Below, piece by piece: positions 57,062-64,000 of a DNA stretch of 64,000 nucleotides. How positions within the stretch are numbered: the stretch's first letter is position 1; each line of letters starts with the position of its first letter. The notes under the pieces are model-generated. The model had not been told where the DNA came from, searched no databases, and saw nothing but the letters and a program-made list of their open reading frames with translations. The stretch comes from Paramecium tetraurelia (lineage: Eukaryota): positions 248,001 to 312,000 of the forward strand of contig CT868669.1 of the NCBI GenBank assembly GCA_000165425.1, written 5' to 3'. Position numbers and translations under genes: made by a program.

Positions 57062-58529
57062 ATGACTAGCTTGTTTGATGAAAAGGAATGCGAAAATTGT
57101 AAGAAGGTATCTAATTAATATTAAAAATCAGATTGAATCTGATTATAACATTGTGAGGATAGATCATATAAAACTATAAGCTGAATATGAGAAATTATAA
57201 AAGGATATAGAAATAATGAAAAGGGACACCTCATTAGTAATCTACTTTATTATTCACTTAGAATGATGGAGAATTAAAAAAAAATAGGTCGAAATTTGAT
57301 TAATTGTAAAATGAATTAAATAAGATGAACGAAAAATATTAGAAATTATAGGGAGAAAAAGAAAGAAGTGATGGAATGATAAAGCAATTACAAGCTATAA
57401 ATTAGAAAATTTAATAAGAAAAAGAGGAAATGTTATTTGCAAAGCCAGCAGAGAATCCAGAGTAAAATCAAGCTCTTCAACAAATAAGTCTATTGCACGA
57501 GTAATTAAGAAAAGCCTAAAATTAAAAAGAATAAGCCCTTTCCATTAACACTCAATTAACTTTAGAATTATAATAATTAAAAAGTTAATAAAAACCACAA
57601 TAAAATATTGTTTAAACAGTTCAATTTTAAAGGGATTCAACATCAAACGAAAAAGTGTTTTAAATGGAAATATAAAATCTTAGATAAAGAATTAATGAGA
57701 TGAACGTTGCCCTTCAGAAACAACAACAAGAATATTAAAATTTACAATAAGAATCTAAATAATAGATTGAAAATTTATAATAGTAATTGGAACAATAAGA
57801 TAAAAATATTGACTAATAATAATCATCAACTATATAATTGAAATAGTTGCAAGCATAATTAAAGAAAATGGAAGCCCAAAATAAAGTGTTACAAAAATAA
57901 TTGGATTATAAAACTTAAAGATATAATGAATAGGTAATTTACATCACTAATTAAGCTTGATGATATTAATAAATTATAGGAAGAACTAAATGCTTGTAAA
58001 ACAAACTAAATTGTTAAAGTCCTTGGAGATGAAGAAAAAGATTACAAGGAAAAATATAAATAGGTGTTACATTAGAAGAAAGAACTTGAGTAAAGTTTTA
58101 AAGAGAAGGAATCTTATTTGATGTAAAAAGTTTAACAGTATGAATAACACATCAAATAAAGTAAATTTTATTGGTAATAATCTTAGAATAAGGAAATGCT
58201 GGCTTAGAAAATGTAAAATTAAAAGAGAAATTGGATGAATTAAAAGAACTATAAGGAAAGCTAAATTAAATTTAAGAAGAAGAACTTACTTAAAAAGTAA
58301 AAATTATGCATAACCTTAGATGATTAATTCGAATTAAAAGAAATAATTAGATGACCTAATCAATAGTTAATATCAGTATAAATAAAAGGTCAAACAATTA
58401 GAATCCCAATTATAACAATGTGAAGATAAACTGATTAAATCCAAGTACTAAATAGCTGACATGATGAATCTTGCAATGGAGCTTGGATTGACTTAATTAC
58501 TTGATAAATTTGCTTCATTATAATAGTGA
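57062..58529 (+). CDS. Coiled-coil Q/E/K-rich protein
   Basis: MTSLFDEKECENCKK...; heptad-rich frame with ~5 tiny introns. Confidence 0.75.
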
Positions 58530-58649
58530 TATTAATATATTAAATTAATCTTATAATTTATCATAAAATTCTAGCATTTTATTTATATAAACCTAAAGAA
58601 TTTGATATAATTATTATTTATGAGATTAATATTTTAATTAATAAATAGA

Positions 58650-59107
58650 ATGGGTAAATAAAAATTGAATGAAAAATAAAGTTCAAGTTAGCCTAAATTA
58701 AAAATTGAAAAAAGCATAAGCAAAGAGTAGGTTTAGGAGTAGGATGGTGCTATTAATATTTCAGAAGTTACAGAAATAACCTGTAGTATTTGTTACTCCT
58801 CTATAGCAGATCAAGTAATATCTTCTTTACATATGATAAGGGAATTATTAAAAACTGTAAACATACATATTGTTTCTAATGTATTTAAAAATGGTCAGAG
58901 TAGAATCTTACATGTCCTTAATGCAGAGCTGATTTTACAAAAGTGATAAGAATTAGGAAAGTAGGTTAGAAAGCTAAAAAGAAAACTTACAAATTTAAAT
59001 AACCAAAATAAAGTAATGACACATCGCTCAACATCAATTTGATACAATACTATACTTAATTACTATTTTTAATGTTTGAAATATATTAAGATAGTGACAG
59101 GGAATGA
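58650..59107 (+). CDS. RING-HC (C3HC4) finger protein
   Basis: CSICY..GIIKNCKHTYCFQCIQKWSEQNLTCPQCRADF; one tiny intron. Confidence 0.85.
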
Positions 59108-59320
59108 TATTACTTATGTATTAATATACGTATTTATATGATTTACATAAAAATTGATAGAATCTATATGAAAAATGCCTATTATATAATATTAATATTT
59201 TAAAAAGTCTACTCAATTTTTACTTGAATTTATTGAGTCAATCTTAGATGAATTAATTTATGAAATAATGATATAAAATAAAGTGTATCCTCTTATTCCA
59301 TAATTTAATAATAATAATGA

Positions 59321-60761
59321 TCAATCTTATTGTTATTAAGGGACTTCAGCTGGGAAATTTGGTTCTGGCTATTCAGGAAGATCTGGTTGTTCTGTTTATA
59401 CTTATTATGGTTATTTTGGATAGAAATGATTGGTTGTTGCCTTGAAACCATAACCATAATATAATTATGACAATACTTTGTTCTATGATATAGATTAAAT
59501 AAATTAATACAGAATAGACAGTGACTAATCCTGGCCAAACTAAAGATTTAATGATAATAACACCATTATTAACTTTATTATTGGTGTCTTTAGCTAAAGG
59601 ATTATAATCAGTTGTATCTCCAACAATTCTAATTTTCCAAGCAGGTTTATTATTTGGTAATTTATCATTTGATAATTATTTCAATCTATTTTCAAATGGA
59701 TCAGCTGCTTCTATTTATTTTTAATAAATATCTGGTTCTACACCATCTGGTAATTCAGATGGTATTAAATGAACTAATCTACCACACTAATATATAAATA
59801 TTATATATATATACATTTAATATATTTGTATTGAAATGCATCCAATCATTTAATGTTTTTAATTCATGAAATCCTGGTAATTTATATTCAGGTGTTTAAT
59901 CTATTTCTCTTGGTTCACCTTCTCTTAAAATATATTAACCTTTAGGAATAATAACAGTTGATTAAGTAATTCTAACAATTTATGCTTTTAATAAATGTTT
60001 TTCTTTTCCAAAGAAATAAGGATTAGTAATAACATCAGCTTCTAAATTACCTGTAAACATATATTTAATTTATCTAGACACATTGATTTATTAAGGTGTA
60101 ATCAAAGGTAATTCAACCCAATCCTTATCATTTAAGATATCAGTGCATGCCCAATAAGATTTAGTATTAACTCCAGATCCTCTAGGTTCAACTTCAGGTG
60201 GTAATTCCCCATCTTCAACTTGACTATTAGCAACTCCTTCAGCAATATAATAATCCTTTTCTCTTGCCATGATTTTACCCCAAAATCTTAATTTAGATGC
60301 TTATTTAGTAACAGATAATAACTAAATATTAATATATAAATTACTGATAATGCCTTGAATATTTTATAATTTTCATCAATTCCAATACCAGCCCATTCAT
60401 ATAAATAAGCTTCTTCTGTTAAATTAGGTAAATATCCAGTTTAAGTTGCTTCCTAAGGTTCTTCATCAGTTCCAAGATTAATTTTATTGACTAGCTTTAA
60501 TGTCTTCTATTAAATAGCTTAATCCATTGAAATCTTTGTTCTCTCTGCATTATCAAATTCATTATATTTATCAAATGAAAATCCACTTGATTTTACCTAA
60601 AATGAATAATCTTCAAATAATTCAAAAGCATTCTACAATTATACTTAAACATATATTCTTACTTTTGGATTATCCAATAATATCTTAGTCAATACATTAT
60701 TCAAATGTTAATATAAATTTGTATTTGAATCCTTTATCTCTTGCAGTTTCTCTTTTAACAT
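59321..60761 (-). CDS. RSPH4: Radial spoke head protein 4/6 family
   Basis: NLYQHLNNVLTKILLDNP, YEWAGIG, FWGKI..KDYYIAEG, EPRGSGVN, WVELPLITPQQINVSRQIKYMFTGNLEA, EKHLLKAQIVRI, WPGLVTV..YYGYGFK. Confidence 0.9.
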
Positions 60762-62064
60762 TAATCTAAATTTTTAAATAAATATATATTAAAAATTAAT
60801 CTTTTTATATAAATCAAATTTGCCGAATATTAAATATATCAATATCTCAAAATAAAACCTTTTTTCTTAAATTCTTCTATAACAAAATCTAATCTCACTA
60901 TATTTTTTAATATAGGGCTAAGACTCCACGAAAAGATAATTTCTTAGACAGATAAGAATTATTAGATTATATTATCAAAAAGCTTAGCTTAGTAAATTCT
61001 GAAGCAAGTTGTAAATGTAATAAATACTCAATAGATATTTTAGATCCTATAGATTATAGAGAATTTTGTTAAACCCTTCTCTTTATTCTTCAGCAGGTTG
61101 AGTTTAGATTTTGGTACCATTAATCAAATCACTTTAGACAAAAACAAAACCTATGTCAAGATAGTACTACACCGCATTTTTCGTTTCTTTATTACACAAC
61201 AATTCAGAGTTCATTTTTGAATTGGAAATTAGATATTTCAATTAAAGTATTAGAAGAGTTCAATACATCTAGACAGCCATATTTAAGTTGTACAATATAT
61301 TATGTTATGATATTAAATTATAGTCTATATCTTTTTTATTTATTAGTTTGGTTTATTTTTAAATCTTTAATAAGATTGATCATGAAAATTATATATCTCT
61401 CAAATTATAGAAATGAGAATTGGTTTCATAAATCATCAACTCTGTATTAATAATTAATTCTCTAGAGATTTATAATTATAATATAGAAAATAAAAATTAG
61501 ATTAAATGATTTCAATTTGTTCTCAAATTAGTTTGGTACTCAGTAACTTAATTTAATTCTATAATCATTAAAATCTAGTTTGATTATGTTAAATAATAAT
61601 TAATTTTGATACTATACCAATTATTGATATAATCATAAAACGGCAGTTCAAATCATTTTAAAGTATAGCCTTATTTACTTAGCTTTTTCAAAGATTAAGT
61701 TTGTTAGTCAAACAGGATATATAGAATTTTTATTGCATTTTTTCTGTAAGCTATAGTTTCATGATGATAAAACAATAATAAAATAATTAAATATACTTCT
61801 TATATTCAACTTAAACAATTCTAATACCCTTTTTTATAAATTCATCATTTTTACTAAAACTAGTTTTACTTTATTTTAATGTATCAATAAAAATTAAATT
61901 GACTAATATAATCCAAGATGATTTAAGAATTTGTCTAGAGATTTTATGGTAAGAATTTCATAATATTTTGAATTTTATGTATTGATGAGAATTTGAGTGA
62001 GATTTGAAAATAGATTTTGAAAACATTCATACAAATTATTAAATTTAATTATTTAGTCATTAAT

Positions 62065-63951
62065 TCATAATTGCTCAAGATTTTTCAAATTGTTCTTTAT
62101 TTTGCTGGCTATCTTTGGCTAGGTTTATTATTCATATATTTTTTCTTTGATTGTCATAACTCTAGGATTAATATCCTTTGAAAGATTCTCTGGAGTTTTC
62201 TATTAAATTAGTTACAAATAGATATGTTACTTTAATGATAGGTGATGCATAATAAGAAGAATTATTTGAATCAACAGCTTATTTAAGCTTACCTACCAAT
62301 TGATATTAAGGTAGTCTATGAGATTGTGGCGATTCATCATCGAATATCATATCCGTAAAGTCATCATCTAAATTTTTAATAGACATTTGTTCTTCACTAT
62401 CGTTAAATTATTCTTAAATTTATTGCATAACAGAAATTTGGGGAGTGAAAAGAAGATTTTCTTTTTTTTTATTTCCAATGCAATTTTATTATGGAGTCAT
62501 AAATTCAGGTTTGTCGAAATTGGAAGGACCGATAAAATTTTTCATGAATCCACAACTACCTGCATCAGTATTACTTGATTTAATAGTATCTTTAGTATCT
62601 TAAATATATTCTTCTGATGATTTGTTTAACTCTGAATATCTTGTTTTATCTAGGTTGATCATAAACCACTCGTGTCTTAAGGCATCTCTAGGTTAGGGTC
62701 TTTATGATGGTCGAGGATGTAACAATAATTTCAATAGTGATAATCCTAAGAATAATTTATGATATTGTACCTGCACTACTAATAATAGTGTCAATGGAAG
62801 GATAATCAATCTTACAATGATAATTTCTCATAACAACTTCATCATAAGTGGAACCCTTAAACGGTGATTTACCGGCAATCAGAAGAAACATCAGACAACC
62901 AACACTAAAAATATCAACTTTCGAGTCATAGATCTTATCTTAAAGTACTTCTGGAGCCACGAATCCAGGAGTTCCGCATCTCTGAAACATATAATTACCT
63001 AATGGATCATAAAAGTCAGCCAATCCAAAATCTGCTATTACTACGTCTTCCAAGACTCCTTTTTTACGCAATATCATATTTTCTGGTTTGAGATCTCTAT
63101 GAAGTATGTTCTTTTTGTGTAAATAATCTAAAGAATCCAATAAAGTAGCCAGAACAGTAGCAACTGTGGGTTCAGACTACTTTTAATTCTTCTTTATCTA
63201 TTAATACAATTCACCTCCTTATAAATAGTCTTGAACTAGAAAGATATGGGTATCATCTTCAAAGACTTCATGCATTTTTATTAAGCCTTTGTAATTCAAC
63301 TTCCTCATGATTGACATTTCTTTAATTAAAGCTTATTTATCAGTTTCTGAGTTGAGCATCTTACTTTTTTCAAATGCCTTAACTGCATATTACAGTTTAT
63401 CAGACTTTTTAGTACAAAGATACACCTGTCATAGTAAATGGAATTACTTTTGCAAAATTTCCTTTACCTATCATCCTCTCAATAACATACTCTTCTTTGA
63501 ATGTAAGTTGGAGACACTGCTTTTTGAGAAAATCCCAAATTTATTAATTTAGTTCTTTAGATCTTGAATACAGTTCTTTGAATTTCTAATTACGAATTAT
63601 TCGAAAACCATACTTCTTCTAAATTTATATATATTATTGAATACTTTATTACAAGCATCGGACTCCTATTCATTTTTATACTTGATCCTCTCTATTCTTG
63701 ATACACCCAGATCAACATGGTGAATATTTTTCTTATTTGGCTTTGGTTTGTTATTAATTAAATACCCTCAACTTTACTAATTTGCCATCTTAAATGATAT
63801 AGTTTTTGCTTGTCCAAAAACCAGTTTTATTACTTTTTTCGAACAGGACAGATTGAAAGTCAATTTTTTACTCCTCAATCTAAATGTTTGTTTTCTCCCA
63901 AAAAGAATTTGAGAATTTGGCATCGTCGAAAAAGGATAACTTTACTTGCAT
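62065..63951 (-). CDS. CAMK-group Ser/Thr kinase with N-terminal PH-like domain
   Basis: GKGNFAKVY, YAVKAFEK, HRDLKPENM, IADFGLA, RCGTPGFVAPE, DIFSVG; N-terminal region with PH-like W-x-x-K-x-Y and GFRI pattern. Confidence 0.88.
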
Positions 63952-64000
63952 CAATAATATTAATTAAATAATAATAATTAAGTTATAATCTCTCTATCTA

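Noticed and set aside
60870..62050. Coding-like fragments between RSPH4/6 and the kinase (also 45150-45470)
   Set aside because: Frames I read are broken by TGAs with no recognisable domain; at most old pseudogene debris

Overview
AT-rich, gene-dense ciliate DNA, almost certainly a Paramecium (aurelia/tetraurelia-type) macronuclear chromosome segment. TAA/TAG read as Gln and TGA is the only stop: conserved Gln positions such as the ABC signature LSGGQ are encoded by TAG. Genes are split by tiny (about 20-30 nt) GT..AG introns and intergenic gaps can be as short as 10-40 bp. The supplied standard-code ORF track therefore shows only fragments, and I re-translated by eye with the ciliate code. 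About 40 protein genes are supported: signal peptidase SPC22/SPCS3, an LRR protein, an ABCC transporter, a membrane-anchored cyclic-nucleotide PDE, two Aurora-like kinases, ULK-like, MAPK and PH-CAMK kinases, a MORN protein, an ACSS3-like acyl-CoA synthetase, a cytosolic carboxypeptidase, an EAG/CNG K+ channel, a ~1400-aa type I membrane protein, DPCD, a TTL-family ligase, isovaleryl-CoA dehydrogenase, biotin protein ligase, kinesin, RNF32, a RING-HC protein and RSPH4/6, plus hypotheticals and several decayed pseudogene-like tracts. The most notable non-obvious element is a candidate stand-alone box C/D small RNA gene at ~49071-49178, with a ciliate small-RNA upstream element, an internal hairpin and an rRNA-antisense segment. 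Also notable are a TTL-fold ligase with an N-terminal signal anchor, two small HTH-type proteins and a 66-aa microprotein. I saw no telomeric repeats, tRNAs, rRNA, intact transposons or obvious retained IESs. Gene ends were read manually and may be off where splicing is ambiguous.
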